Position numbers and translations under genes: made by a program. The notes below the pieces were generated by a model that was not told the DNA's origin, ran no database searches, and saw only the letters and a program-made list of their open reading frames with translations. A stretch of DNA of 64,000 bases from Candidatus Sericytochromatia bacterium (lineage in GTDB: Bacteria; Cyanobacteriota; Sericytochromatia; S15B-MN24; VGJW01), in the NCBI GenBank assembly GCA_035285865.1, contig JAYKHS010000005.1, positions 58,057 through 122,056 of the forward strand. The letters run 5' to 3'. This document shows positions 49,745 through 58,718 of the stretch, one piece after another (position 1 is the stretch's first letter; each line of letters begins with the position of its first letter).

Positions 49745-51093
49745 GGCTTGCCCTCGACGATCCGGATGCGTCCCTCGTGGATGCGGACGGTGCAGGGACC
49801 AGTGCTCTCCTTCGTAGTCATGCCCTGACCCTGCAACCAGATGGCTACGCCCGGCCGAAGGATCTCGGAGATCTTCAGGACGGGATCGTGGGCGTGGTTG
49901 ATGTGCGACTCCGCCTCCCGGACGGTTTCCTCGAGCTTGCGATGGTCGACGGCGATGGCTTCCAGCGTCTCCTTCAGGCGGGCGACAAGCACTTCCTTGT
50001 CCGGATGCAGGCCCTTGAAGCGTACCCGCATGGCTTCCATCTGCTGCAGGCCCTCGAGGATGCGCTGGCGATTCCCCTCGTGCCGTTCCTGGGTGGCGCG
50101 TGCCTCGTCACGAATTCGGCCCCATCGCTCCTTCGGCGAGAGGGAGACAGCCGTAGGCGTACCTTGTTTGCCCCCGAGCTTCGCCACGACGAGTGCCCCG
50201 TCGGCTTCGCTCCGGCCACCGACCAGCGTGCCTTGCACGAGGATTGACGTCTGGGCCGTCATCGTGGCGAATACCGCGTCTTCCTGGATCGCAATTCCGC
50301 CCCTCGCGGTCGCGGTGGCGTGGTCGAGCAGCGTGACCTTGATGTCCCCGCCGGCCTGAAGGGTCGCCTCCTGGAAGACACCTTCGCCCACGCGGATGTG
50401 TCGGCCGGCCACCAGATGTCCCCCGTCGACGCTGCCGCGGACGACGATGTCGCCGGTCGCCACCACCCGGAAGTGATGGGCCACATGGCCGTCGATGTGG
50501 ACGTCCCCGTCGAAGTCGATGTGGCCGGTGTGGAAGTCGACGTCGCCGGGCACCCGGAACACGGGCTCGACGGTCCACGTTCCCTGAGTCTCGCGAACCA
50601 ACCCCTGCACGGTGGAGACCAGGCTGTTCCCGTCAGCGCTGATCTCGCAGCCCTTGCCCGCCTTGAACTCGGCTTCCTCGACCGGGGGGACCACCAGCCA
50701 GCCCCCGCCGACGGTCCTGCCGGGCGTACCCGGGATTGGCGGGAGGCGGCGCGCGATGAGCGCCCCTTTGGCCACTGACGGTGAAGCCCCCAGGTTGAAG
50801 TGGTCAACGCTGCCGTCTTCGAGTTGCCTGGGTACCAGCGTTTCGGGCTGAATTTCGACCAGTGCCTCGATACGTCCGGATTCCCCGGGTATGGCGGGTT
50901 GGCCCCGGGCAATGACGTGCTCGCCCGGTTCGGCCTCGAGGGCAAGCTGTTGCAGGACGTCTTCGAGGATGCCGTGGACGATGCCCGCATCGGCAAGCGC
51001 CATTCTAAGCGCGGCCTCGGTCGGCTGAAGCCCATTGGGCAGGATCAGCGTCGCCGTGAGTTCATCGAGGGATCGTGCGACCTCGATCTGCAT
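49732..51093 (-). CDS. fapA: FapA/DUF342 family protein
   Basis: GIVHGI, IARG.P..PG, DGSVD...LG, GDVDFHTGHIDFDGDV.I.G.V, V.A.GDI.V.G.V, LGG..GTPT. Confidence 0.85.
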   Translation of the reverse strand: MQIEVARSLDELTATLILPNGLQPTEAALRMALADAGIVHGILEDVLQQLALEAEPGEHVIARGQPAIPGESGRIEALVEIQPETLVPRQLEDGSVDHFNLGASPSVAKGALIARRLPPIPGTPGRTVGGGWLVVPPVEEAEFKAGKGCEISADGNSLVSTVQGLVRETQGTWTVEPVFRVPGDVDFHTGHIDFDGDVHIDGHVAHHFRVVATGDIVVRGSVDGGHLVAGRHIRVGEGVFQEATLQAGGDIKVTLLDHATATARGGIAIQEDAVFATMTAQTSILVQGTLVGGRSEADGALVVAKLGGKQGTPTAVSLSPKERWGRIRDEARATQERHEGNRQRILEGLQQMEAMRVRFKGLHPDKEVLVARLKETLEAIAVDHRKLEETVREAESHINHAHDPVLKISEILRPGVAIWLQGQGMTTKESTGPCTVRIHEGRIRIVEGKPQGS

Positions 51094-51136
51094 GGCATTG
51101 CCACCCCATTGTGGTGTCCACGCCCATCATGCCCCG

Positions 51137-52390
51137 TCAGGCCATGAAATCGAACCACTCAAGCACATGGCTGATGGTGGCCCGCCCCCAGAGCAGAGGC
51201 TTCTCGTACCATCGCGCCTTGCGATATTCGGTGTCGTAGGGTTCCGAAGACTGCCACCAGCGCTTGAAGAGGTCACGCTCGAGCCTGGCGGCGAACCGGG
51301 GGTCCTCGATACCGAGGTTGAGTTCCTGGTTGGCATCGTAGCTGCGGGCATCCCCGTTGGCAGAGCCCACGGTTGCCCACGTGCCGTCGATGCTCAGAGC
51401 CTTCACGTGGCTGAAGCGCGGACTTTGAAGGTAGCGGACGTCCACTCCTGCATCGGCCAGTTGGCGAGCCGAGGCCTCGTTGAGCAGCTTGAAGAGGAAG
51501 CTGTCGTTGGTCTCCGGACGCGGGAGGATGACGTGCACCGCGATGCCGCGCCGGGATGCCGCGCGCAGGTGGTCCACCAGTCGGTTGTCGGAAAGGTACG
51601 GATAGGTCAGCCAGATCTCCCGTTCCGCACGCTGGATGGCCGTGTAGATGCCTTTGCGCAACGAGTTCCCGCGGCGGCTACGGCCCGGGGCGGTCGTCAT
51701 GAGCGTCACGGAGCTGCCATCGGGATGCGCCCCGTGGGGTGGGGCCGACATCGGGAAGTCCTTGCCGCCGGCCTTCGTCCATTCCTTGCGGAAGGTCTGC
51801 TCGAGTCCGGCGACAGCCGGTCCCTCGACGGAGACCATCAGGTCATGCCAGCCCCCGGCATATTCGTCGGCGATGTTCATGCCACCCGTGAGGCCGACCT
51901 TGCCGTCGGCCACCACGATCTTGCGGTGGGTCAGATTGACTCCGGCCAGCGGCAGCAGCCCGGGATAGTAGCGCTCGACCTCTACCCCCCCGCGCCGCAT
52001 CCGATCCAGTACTGCGCCGCTGCCGAGCGTACCGAGCATGTCGACCAGGACCCTGACCTGCACGCCTTCCCGGGCCTTGGCGATCAGCCTGTCGGCCACG
52101 GCGCGTCCCGTCGCGTCGTCCTTGAAGATGAACATCTCCATCGACAGGCGTTCTTTCGCTCCGTCGACGACCTCGAGGATCTTGCGAAACCCTTGTGCAT
52201 CCAGATGGAGGTCGATGCGGTTGCCTTCCGTGCGACCGACAGCCTGACTGCGGTCGGTCACGCGTCGGTCCGGCTTCAGGGCACCCAGCAGCCGGCGTGT
52301 CAGGCTTCTGCGAGCCGACGGCAGGGCCTCCGCGCGCAGCGGTTGCTCCGGCTTTTCCGGCGTGGACCTCGGCGGCACCTTGAGGCTCAC
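51137..52390 (-). CDS. Phospholipase D / cardiolipin synthase-like protein without TM anchor
   Basis: Two HKD motifs THRKIVVADG and SHVKALSIDG, GGMNI, W.D....EGP, GSAN.D.RS. Confidence 0.9.
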   Translation of the reverse strand: MSLKVPPRSTPEKPEQPLRAEALPSARRSLTRRLLGALKPDRRVTDRSQAVGRTEGNRIDLHLDAQGFRKILEVVDGAKERLSMEMFIFKDDATGRAVADRLIAKAREGVQVRVLVDMLGTLGSGAVLDRMRRGGVEVERYYPGLLPLAGVNLTHRKIVVADGKVGLTGGMNIADEYAGGWHDLMVSVEGPAVAGLEQTFRKEWTKAGGKDFPMSAPPHGAHPDGSSVTLMTTAPGRSRRGNSLRKGIYTAIQRAEREIWLTYPYLSDNRLVDHLRAASRRGIAVHVILPRPETNDSFLFKLLNEASARQLADAGVDVRYLQSPRFSHVKALSIDGTWATVGSANGDARSYDANQELNLGIEDPRFAARLERDLFKRWWQSSEPYDTEYRKARWYEKPLLWGRATISHVLEWFDFMA

Positions 52391-53046
52391 GGCGACACCT
52401 GGTCCGTTTCGGGAAGGATCTGTCGGAGGACCGCGTGCGGGCCTTCGCCGTAGGCCAGATCGACGAGTTCGTCCGGATCCCGACGTCCCTGAAGCGGGTC
52501 GTCCACGATCTCGATGCGGAGGAAGGGACGCTCCCGGCCCAAGGCTTGCCGCAGTTCATCGCTGGTGCCGACGAAGATGTCCGGAAGATCCCTTCGGCCG
52601 GCGGCACCGGCCACGAACTGCCGCCAGCTGGCATCCACGATCAGGGTCTTCCCCTTGCCCGCGTCGAGGGTCAGGAAGGCGTGAAACTTGCCGGCCATCC
52701 CCGGTGGTACGGCTTGACCCGATGGTCGCAAGGCCGGATCGACCACGGTGATGGCTGCCGGGAGGCCCGCTTCCCGCAGAAAGGGGTACCACTTGGCAGC
52801 CAGGTCAAGGCACATTCCTTCCGGATCGCTCCACGGGCCGTCCTCGGGATGCTGTTCGCGCACCAGCTGCAGGGTTGCGGTGACTCGGGTCTTCAGGCGC
52901 GCCAGCGCGGGATCCGGGATGGCCGCAGTGCGAACCTCGTCCCGATGCACCGGGCGAGAGGGAGAGGTGCGCTCGCGCGAGGCGGCTCCAGCACGCTCGG
53001 GTAGCCGGAGTGCAGGCAGTCCGGCCAGTGCGGGGGCACGATCCAT
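52387..53046 (-). CDS. Hypothetical protein with putative papain/transglutaminase-like Cys-His-Asp core
   Basis: EGMCLDLA...KFHAFL...IVDASWRQF...IFVGT; stop overlaps the PLD start (GTGA). Confidence 0.6.
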   Translation of the reverse strand: MDRAPALAGLPALRLPERAGAASRERTSPSRPVHRDEVRTAAIPDPALARLKTRVTATLQLVREQHPEDGPWSDPEGMCLDLAAKWYPFLREAGLPAAITVVDPALRPSGQAVPPGMAGKFHAFLTLDAGKGKTLIVDASWRQFVAGAAGRRDLPDIFVGTSDELRQALGRERPFLRIEIVDDPLQGRRDPDELVDLAYGEGPHAVLRQILPETDQVSP

Positions 53047-53141
53047 ATCCAGACTATGCCCCGGAGAGGGCCGCGGCTTGCGTGTGGAAGTCGTTGTCCG
53101 GGTTGTCGCAGGGCGGCGACGCGGTCATCATGGACCTCAGC

Positions 53142-54146
53142 ATGCAGGACCGCAGCGTTACGGGTTCCCGCCTCATCACGGAGGTGGCTGATGCCGTCGC
53201 CTTGCTGAGGGGCGGCGCCGTCGTGGCCTTGCCGACGGAGACGGTCTACGGTCTCGCTGCCTCTGCGGACCATCCCGATGCCGTCGAGCGGGTGTTCGCG
53301 CTCAAGGGTCGTCCGGCATCCAATCCGTTGATTCTGCACGTATCGGATCTCGGCATGCTGGCCGGGTGGACACCACCGCTGGAGTCCCGTGCAAGGCGCT
53401 TGGGCGAGGCATTCTGGCCCGGTCCTCTGACGCTGGTCCTGCCGGCACTGGAGCGCGTCTCGCGGCGCGTGACGGCAGGACAGGCCACCGTGGCCGTCCG
53501 TGTACCGGCCCATCCCTTGATTCGGGACGTGATCGCGAAACTGGGCACACCCCTCGTTGCGCCGTCTGCCAATCTGTCGACCCGCCTGAGCCCGACCTCG
53601 CCCGGACATGTTCTGGCGCAGTTCCGGGATCAGGATCTGGCTGTCCTCGACGGCGGTCCATGTTCCGTGGGCCTCGAGTCGACGATCGTGTCCTTGTTGC
53701 CGGGCCAGCAGGCAAGCGTGCTCAGGCCCGGCATACTGACTGCTTCGGCCATAGCCGACGTGCTCGGCGAGCCCGTCCGGGATGGGGGTTCACCGTCCGT
53801 TTCCGGAGCGCCTCGAGTCCCCGGCCAGATGCGCGTGCACTACGCACCGCGCCAGCCGCTGCGCTTGTGCGCCGAGCCTGCTGATGCCGACCTGGCCAAT
53901 CCGCGATGCGGCTGGATTACGGCTGGCCTTGCCCTGGTGGCCGCAGGTCCGGTCCGGGACCTCGGCAGGGAACCCATGCCCTTTGCACGGGACCTCTACG
54001 CCACGCTGCACGAACTCGAAGCCTGCGACCTCGATGTGCTGGTTGTGCTGTCCCCACCGGATGAGCCGGAGTGGAGGGCCATCCACGACCGTCTCGGCCG
54101 TGCTTCAGCCGATCGATTCCCTGCTGTTGGCGACGCCGGCGCCTGA
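53142..54146 (+). CDS. tsaC: L-threonylcarbamoyladenylate synthase, Sua5 type
   Basis: VALPTETVYGL, KGRP.SNPLILH, FWPGPLT, APSANLS, GLESTIV, PG....HYAP. Confidence 0.95.
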   Translation: MQDRSVTGSRLITEVADAVALLRGGAVVALPTETVYGLAASADHPDAVERVFALKGRPASNPLILHVSDLGMLAGWTPPLESRARRLGEAFWPGPLTLVLPALERVSRRVTAGQATVAVRVPAHPLIRDVIAKLGTPLVAPSANLSTRLSPTSPGHVLAQFRDQDLAVLDGGPCSVGLESTIVSLLPGQQASVLRPGILTASAIADVLGEPVRDGGSPSVSGAPRVPGQMRVHYAPRQPLRLCAEPADADLANPRCGWITAGLALVAAGPVRDLGREPMPFARDLYATLHELEACDLDVLVVLSPPDEPEWRAIHDRLGRASADRFPAVGDAGA

Positions 54147-54947
54147 GGGCTCGGGCCGCCCCAGCAGCAGCAACAAGCCCGTCATGGCCAGCATGCCCAG
54201 CAGGCCTCGGGGCGGAAAGCCGTTGCCGGTCCAGATTGCTCCTTCGGCCAGGAATACCAGAGGGTTATGCAGGGCCGAGCCCGTGATGGCGACAATCCAG
54301 CAGGCGTGAACGCCGACCGGGAACCATAGCCCCCGCTTGAGCGCGGCCCAGCCCAGCGTGAAGCCCGTTGCCCACAAACCCGCAAAGGTCGTCATCAGGT
54401 CCGAAGGATTGCGGCTTCCCGGTGCGAGGAAGTGTGTCGCAGCAAAGAGGGTGGCGGTGGCGGCTAGGGCCACGGGCCAGGGTGTCGCGCGCAACAGGAT
54501 GCGCTGGACGACGCCCCGGAAGAAACCTTCTTCGAGGATGGCGGTGACGAAGGCCAGCGTGACCAGGAGGGCGAGGCCGCCGGGTTCCGGCCACGAGGCA
54601 CCCGGCCGCAGGATGGACCAGCCCGCGAGCATGCCTGTGCCTGTCGTCAGGACCACGCCAACGAGTCCAGCCATCAGGCCACTGGTCAGGCCTCGTCCAC
54701 GGGGCAGGAATCCGAGATCCGAGAAGGGGCGTCTCTCGGTACGTTTCCAGTGGTGAGCAACGACTGCGAGGAGCCCCACCAAGAGGAGCGCCTCGGCGGG
54801 GTCGACGCGAACGGGGTCCGGATCCAGGCCGGGCCAGGCAAGGCGCAGGCCCAGGGCCATGACGCCGATCAGGATTATCTTGCCCAGCAGGATCGCCAGG
54901 CTGGTCCAGCCGGAAATGGCTCCGGACGTCAGGGGTTCCGGGACCAC
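54105..54947 (-). CDS. CPBP/Abi family intramembrane metalloprotease
   Basis: EEGFFRG, LFAATH, LW.PVGVHA.W. Confidence 0.85.
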   Translation of the reverse strand: MVPEPLTSGAISGWTSLAILLGKIILIGVMALGLRLAWPGLDPDPVRVDPAEALLLVGLLAVVAHHWKRTERRPFSDLGFLPRGRGLTSGLMAGLVGVVLTTGTGMLAGWSILRPGASWPEPGGLALLVTLAFVTAILEEGFFRGVVQRILLRATPWPVALAATATLFAATHFLAPGSRNPSDLMTTFAGLWATGFTLGWAALKRGLWFPVGVHACWIVAITGSALHNPLVFLAEGAIWTGNGFPPRGLLGMLAMTGLLLLLGRPEPSGAGVANSRESIG

Positions 54948-55990
54948 TCCAATGCCTGGGTCAGTCCCAGTTGCGTCAGACGAGCCAGTTTGGCGTCGTT
55001 GAAGACTTCTGTCTCGGCCTTCTTGAAGGTGTCCCGCTCCTGCACCGTATCCGCGGGATGGTGGAGGTACTTGTGGATGGGCTCGGCGTAGAACAGGACG
55101 GCACGTACGCCGGCACGACGGAACGAGGCGTGGTCGCTGGATGCTCCGGGCGGCAACTCGTCTCCCAGGTCATGGGCGTGGGGAATGTGTTCGACGAAGG
55201 TCCTGAAGATGGGGCGCATCGCCATCCGCCGCGCCGTATCGATGACCTGCTGGCGGATGGCCGCATCGTCGCCGCCGGCCGTGTCGGTCGAGAAGTCGGC
55301 AGGCTTGCCGTTGGCGATGACATCCAGCTGGACCATGCCGCTGAACCGCTTCAGGTCGAGCTTCACGGGCTGGCCGCCGGGGCCGGGTGCCACGGGGTTC
55401 TGGGTGTAGAACCGCGAACCGATGAGGCCCTTCTCCTCGCCCGAGAACAGGATGAACAGGACACTGACCGGCGGCAGCGTGCCCTGGTTGCGCTGACGGA
55501 CGAGCGTGCGGGCGATCTCGAGCACCCCCGCGCAGCCACCGGCATCGTCGTTGGCGCCGGGATAGATGGCCCCGTTGAAGGACTGACCGATGTGGTCCTT
55601 GTGCGCTCCGAAGACGACGAAGCGGGTCGGATCGGCTCCGGGCAGGAGTCCCACGAGATTCTCGGCCGTGCCCCGGATGCTGTAGTTCTTGAAGGGCTGG
55701 CGCAGGGTCGCGATGCCCAGCCCGTTCAGGGTTGCCTCGGCATAGCGCGTGGCCTCGTGATCTCCCTCGGAGGCCGAGTCGCGGCCGCGCCAGCGTACGT
55801 CGCTGAGCCAAGCCGCGTGGGCGTGGGCCGAGGCCGCATCGATCGTGGTATCCAGCGTGGTGCGAACGCCTAGGGCAGAGAAGGGCAGCTGCTCGAGGTT
55901 TCCGGCCACCGACCGATTCGTGGCAGTGCCGCAGGCGGTCAGCGCCGGCAGTGTGGCCACTGCGGAGACGACCAGAGGAAGGGTGCGCAT
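54929..55990 (-). CDS. M28 family metallopeptidase lipoprotein
   Basis: Lipobox LTA-C; GAHKDH, GANDDAGG, FSGEEKGLIGS, SDHASF, HHPADT. Confidence 0.92.
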   Translation of the reverse strand: MRTLPLVVSAVATLPALTACGTATNRSVAGNLEQLPFSALGVRTTLDTTIDAASAHAHAAWLSDVRWRGRDSASEGDHEATRYAEATLNGLGIATLRQPFKNYSIRGTAENLVGLLPGADPTRFVVFGAHKDHIGQSFNGAIYPGANDDAGGCAGVLEIARTLVRQRNQGTLPPVSVLFILFSGEEKGLIGSRFYTQNPVAPGPGGQPVKLDLKRFSGMVQLDVIANGKPADFSTDTAGGDDAAIRQQVIDTARRMAMRPIFRTFVEHIPHAHDLGDELPPGASSDHASFRRAGVRAVLFYAEPIHKYLHHPADTVQERDTFKKAETEVFNDAKLARLTQLGLTQALEWSRNP

Positions 55991-56212
55991 GAAAGATCTC
56001 TTAAAGCAGGCTTAACGGAATCACCATAGCATGGCCCCGCGCGCATTCCAACCCCCTTCAGGGTGGTGGATCGGGCGGCCATTGCTGAACTTGCGGAGGG
56101 TTCGCGCAGCCATCCCGCTCTGGCTGTATTCGAAGCGTTCGGGCATCTTTGGGACTCGTGCGGCGTGGGCCGACCCCGGACGTGTCGATTCCCGAAGAGA
56201 GGTGTGGTGGCC

Positions 56213-56809
56213 ATGAACCCGTGGGACGTCCGATATGGCGACGAGACTTACTTCTACGGCAAGGAACCGAACGACTTCCTGGTTGCAGAGGCTGGCCGTC
56301 TGGCTCCGGGGTCGAGGGTGCTTTGCCTCGCCGAAGGAGAGGGGCGCAACGCCGTTCATCTGGCGGAAATGGGGCATCGCGTCACCGCTGTGGACAGCTC
56401 GGCCGCAGGTCTCCGAAAGGCCGCATTGCTTGCCAGCGAGCGAGGCGTGGCCATTTCCCTCGTCGAGGCTGACCTCGCCTCGTGGCCCATGGGTGAGGGA
56501 ATCTGGGACGCGGTGGTGTCCATCTGGGCGCACGTGCTGCCCGAACTCCGTGCCGTCGTCGATGCCTCTGTGCACGCGGCCATCCGGCCCGGTGGCCTGC
56601 TGATCCTCGAGCACTACCATCCGCGGCAGCTCGCCTACGGGACGGGCGGCCCCCCCGATGCCCGGATGATGGCCACGCTCGATGACCTGCGCACGGCCTT
56701 TCCGAGATGGCGCGAGCACGTTGCATGCGAACGCGAGCGCGATGTCCGGGAAGGCCGCGGCCATCACGGGCCGAGCTTCGTGACCCAGGTCGTGCTCGAG
56801 CGTCCTTGA
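56213..56809 (+). CDS. Class I SAM-dependent methyltransferase
   Basis: WD.RY....YFYGKEPNDFL, LCLAEGEGRNA, GTGGP, EG.GH.G. Confidence 0.9.
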   Translation: MNPWDVRYGDETYFYGKEPNDFLVAEAGRLAPGSRVLCLAEGEGRNAVHLAEMGHRVTAVDSSAAGLRKAALLASERGVAISLVEADLASWPMGEGIWDAVVSIWAHVLPELRAVVDASVHAAIRPGGLLILEHYHPRQLAYGTGGPPDARMMATLDDLRTAFPRWREHVACERERDVREGRGHHGPSFVTQVVLERP

Positions 56810-56929
56810 CGACTCTGGTCACGCAAGTCCGGCCACTCCGGCGTCCATAAATGGGACAGGCTCTCTCTCCCGACCAGAGCCCGCGCGCCATTTCGAGCAA
56901 GGACCGCATCAGCGTTCAGGAGGTCTGTC

Positions 56930-57493
56930 GTGGAGACCCGGGTGACCCGCGAGGCTGCTGCCTTGGGCAAAGGAGCGCCTCTGGCGCGGGCTGCCGCAGC
57001 TGATGCTGCTCCTAAGGACCACGTGCGCTTGCCAGGAGATGGCTTGAAGTTGACGGGCGGTCGCATCGATGCGGCGCGTGCCCAGAAGGCGCTGGCGACG
57101 GCACTCGCGGCCAGCAAGGGTGAGGAAACCCGCATCCGGTCAGGTATCGCCAGCCTGGATCCCTCCGGAGTGTCGGGGGCAGGTGATCCCGTCGTCCGCG
57201 ATCTGATGGCTTCGCTGGAGTTGCTGGAAAAGGTGCGTGGCGAACTCGGTGCGGCGCAGGATGCCGTTTCTCGACCTGTAGAGGCCATTGCTGCGGCCAA
57301 CCGTGCCCTGGATGCGCATGTCGAGATGTTCGACATGCTCAAGGAGGCGCGCCGCAACTTGCACGAGGGGTCCTATGGTCGTCTGGCGCCTTCGGAGGAA
57401 GCCACGCTCGAGGACATCGACGATGCCCTGCGTGCGGCGATCTTCACGCAGACGCGGATCGTGCTGGCGCAGGACGCCCTCGAGAACCCCTGA
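56930..57493 (+). CDS. Hypothetical alpha-helical protein
   Basis: AGGAGG SD before GTG; helical composition; ends at a hairpin. Confidence 0.65.
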   Translation: METRVTREAAALGKGAPLARAAAADAAPKDHVRLPGDGLKLTGGRIDAARAQKALATALAASKGEETRIRSGIASLDPSGVSGAGDPVVRDLMASLELLEKVRGELGAAQDAVSRPVEAIAAANRALDAHVEMFDMLKEARRNLHEGSYGRLAPSEEATLEDIDDALRAAIFTQTRIVLAQDALENP

Positions 57494-57508
57494 CGCCAGA
57501 ATACGCGA

Positions 57509-57541
57509 AGCGCGGGATGCCCCTGTTCGGGGTCCCGCGCT
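57509..57541. terminator. Hairpin between convergent genes
   Basis: AGCGCGGGA-(tgcccc...gggg)-TCCCGCGCT inverted repeat followed by pyrimidines. Confidence 0.6.
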
Positions 57542-57568
57542 CTTCTCTCGTGGTCCCGTGACGTTCGC

Positions 57569-58714
57569 TCAGGGAGCGACTGTCGCTGTGACAGCCTTGT
57601 CCCCCGGGCCGTAGAAGGTCACCGACTGCAGCGTCGTGCCCGAGACCCTGATTTCCTTGACGGCATAGGTGGTGCCTTCATGGACAACCTTGCCCCCGAC
57701 CAACTGCAAGGATCCTCCGAAGCCAGAGGCATTCAGGTTCACGGCCTTGACGATGCCGGCCAGCAGCTTGGCTGCCTGGGTGCCCGAGTACGTGGTCACG
57801 CCCGAGGTGGCAGCGGAGGCCTGGACTCTGGCCGCACCCATCTGGTTGCGGACCTGTCCACTGCTGGCGGAGAGCGCCTGCTGGGCTCGGGTCGTCAAGT
57901 CGCCGGAAAGCACCTGGCTCCTTGGAGCTGCCGCACCTGCCCGTGCTGCCGCGATACCGGCCAGTGTCTGCTTGTGGACCAGGACTTCCTTGGAGTAGGT
58001 GGCGACCATGGTATCGACGACGACGGGTGGATCCTCGTCCTCAGAGACGATGAATGCACTTGAACTTGCTTGCCACGGAGAGGTCACCGTGACCTCTTCG
58101 GTGGAGAGCGAGATGTCCACCAGTTCACTGTCGATCTGGCCCGAGGGGCAGGTCACCATCTGGTCCCACTCGGTGGTCTGATAGGTGCGCTCGACAATGG
58201 AGTTCTTGCGTTCTTTCCAGTTCGAGACCTCCCACATCGCGTAGGGTTGAACCGTGGTGGTCCGCTTGAACTGTCCCCACGTTTGAAGGGCGTACTGGTT
58301 CCGGAAGCGACCCTCCACCCGCTTGACGTAGCTGAAGGAAAGCAGCTGGTCCGGTAGCGATGTCGTGGTGGTTACCTGTGCCTTGTCGCGGCGTTCGAGA
58401 TGGGTTGCGGGCGACAGGGACTCCGTCGTCTCACTGAGGACCGTTTCCTGAACCAAGCTCTTCTTGGTGATGTTCGGCAGGGTCTGGTCCGGATCGCAGT
58501 CGTCACCGGCGGGCCCGACCGTTGCCCCGCTGTCGGGGGCCGAGGGGGCAGGAGGGTCGTCGGGGGTCGGGTCGCTCGGAGCTTCCGGATTCGAGACGAC
58601 TGTGGACTGTGTCTCGTTGCCATCGGGAACCCATCGACCTGCCATGGCGCTCTGGGCCATGAAGGTCGTCCCAAGGGCGATCGTCAACGAGAGGGGAAGC
58701 GAACGTGCACGCAT
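57569..58714 (-). CDS. Secreted hypothetical protein with long Thr/Val/Glu-rich beta-strands
   Basis: Sec signal ending SAMA; GAGG SD; 4 bp after the upstream gene. Confidence 0.75.
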   Translation of the reverse strand: MRARSLPLSLTIALGTTFMAQSAMAGRWVPDGNETQSTVVSNPEAPSDPTPDDPPAPSAPDSGATVGPAGDDCDPDQTLPNITKKSLVQETVLSETTESLSPATHLERRDKAQVTTTTSLPDQLLSFSYVKRVEGRFRNQYALQTWGQFKRTTTVQPYAMWEVSNWKERKNSIVERTYQTTEWDQMVTCPSGQIDSELVDISLSTEEVTVTSPWQASSSAFIVSEDEDPPVVVDTMVATYSKEVLVHKQTLAGIAAARAGAAAPRSQVLSGDLTTRAQQALSASSGQVRNQMGAARVQASAATSGVTTYSGTQAAKLLAGIVKAVNLNASGFGGSLQLVGGKVVHEGTTYAVKEIRVSGTTLQSVTFYGPGDKAVTATVAP

Positions 58715-58718
58715 CGGT

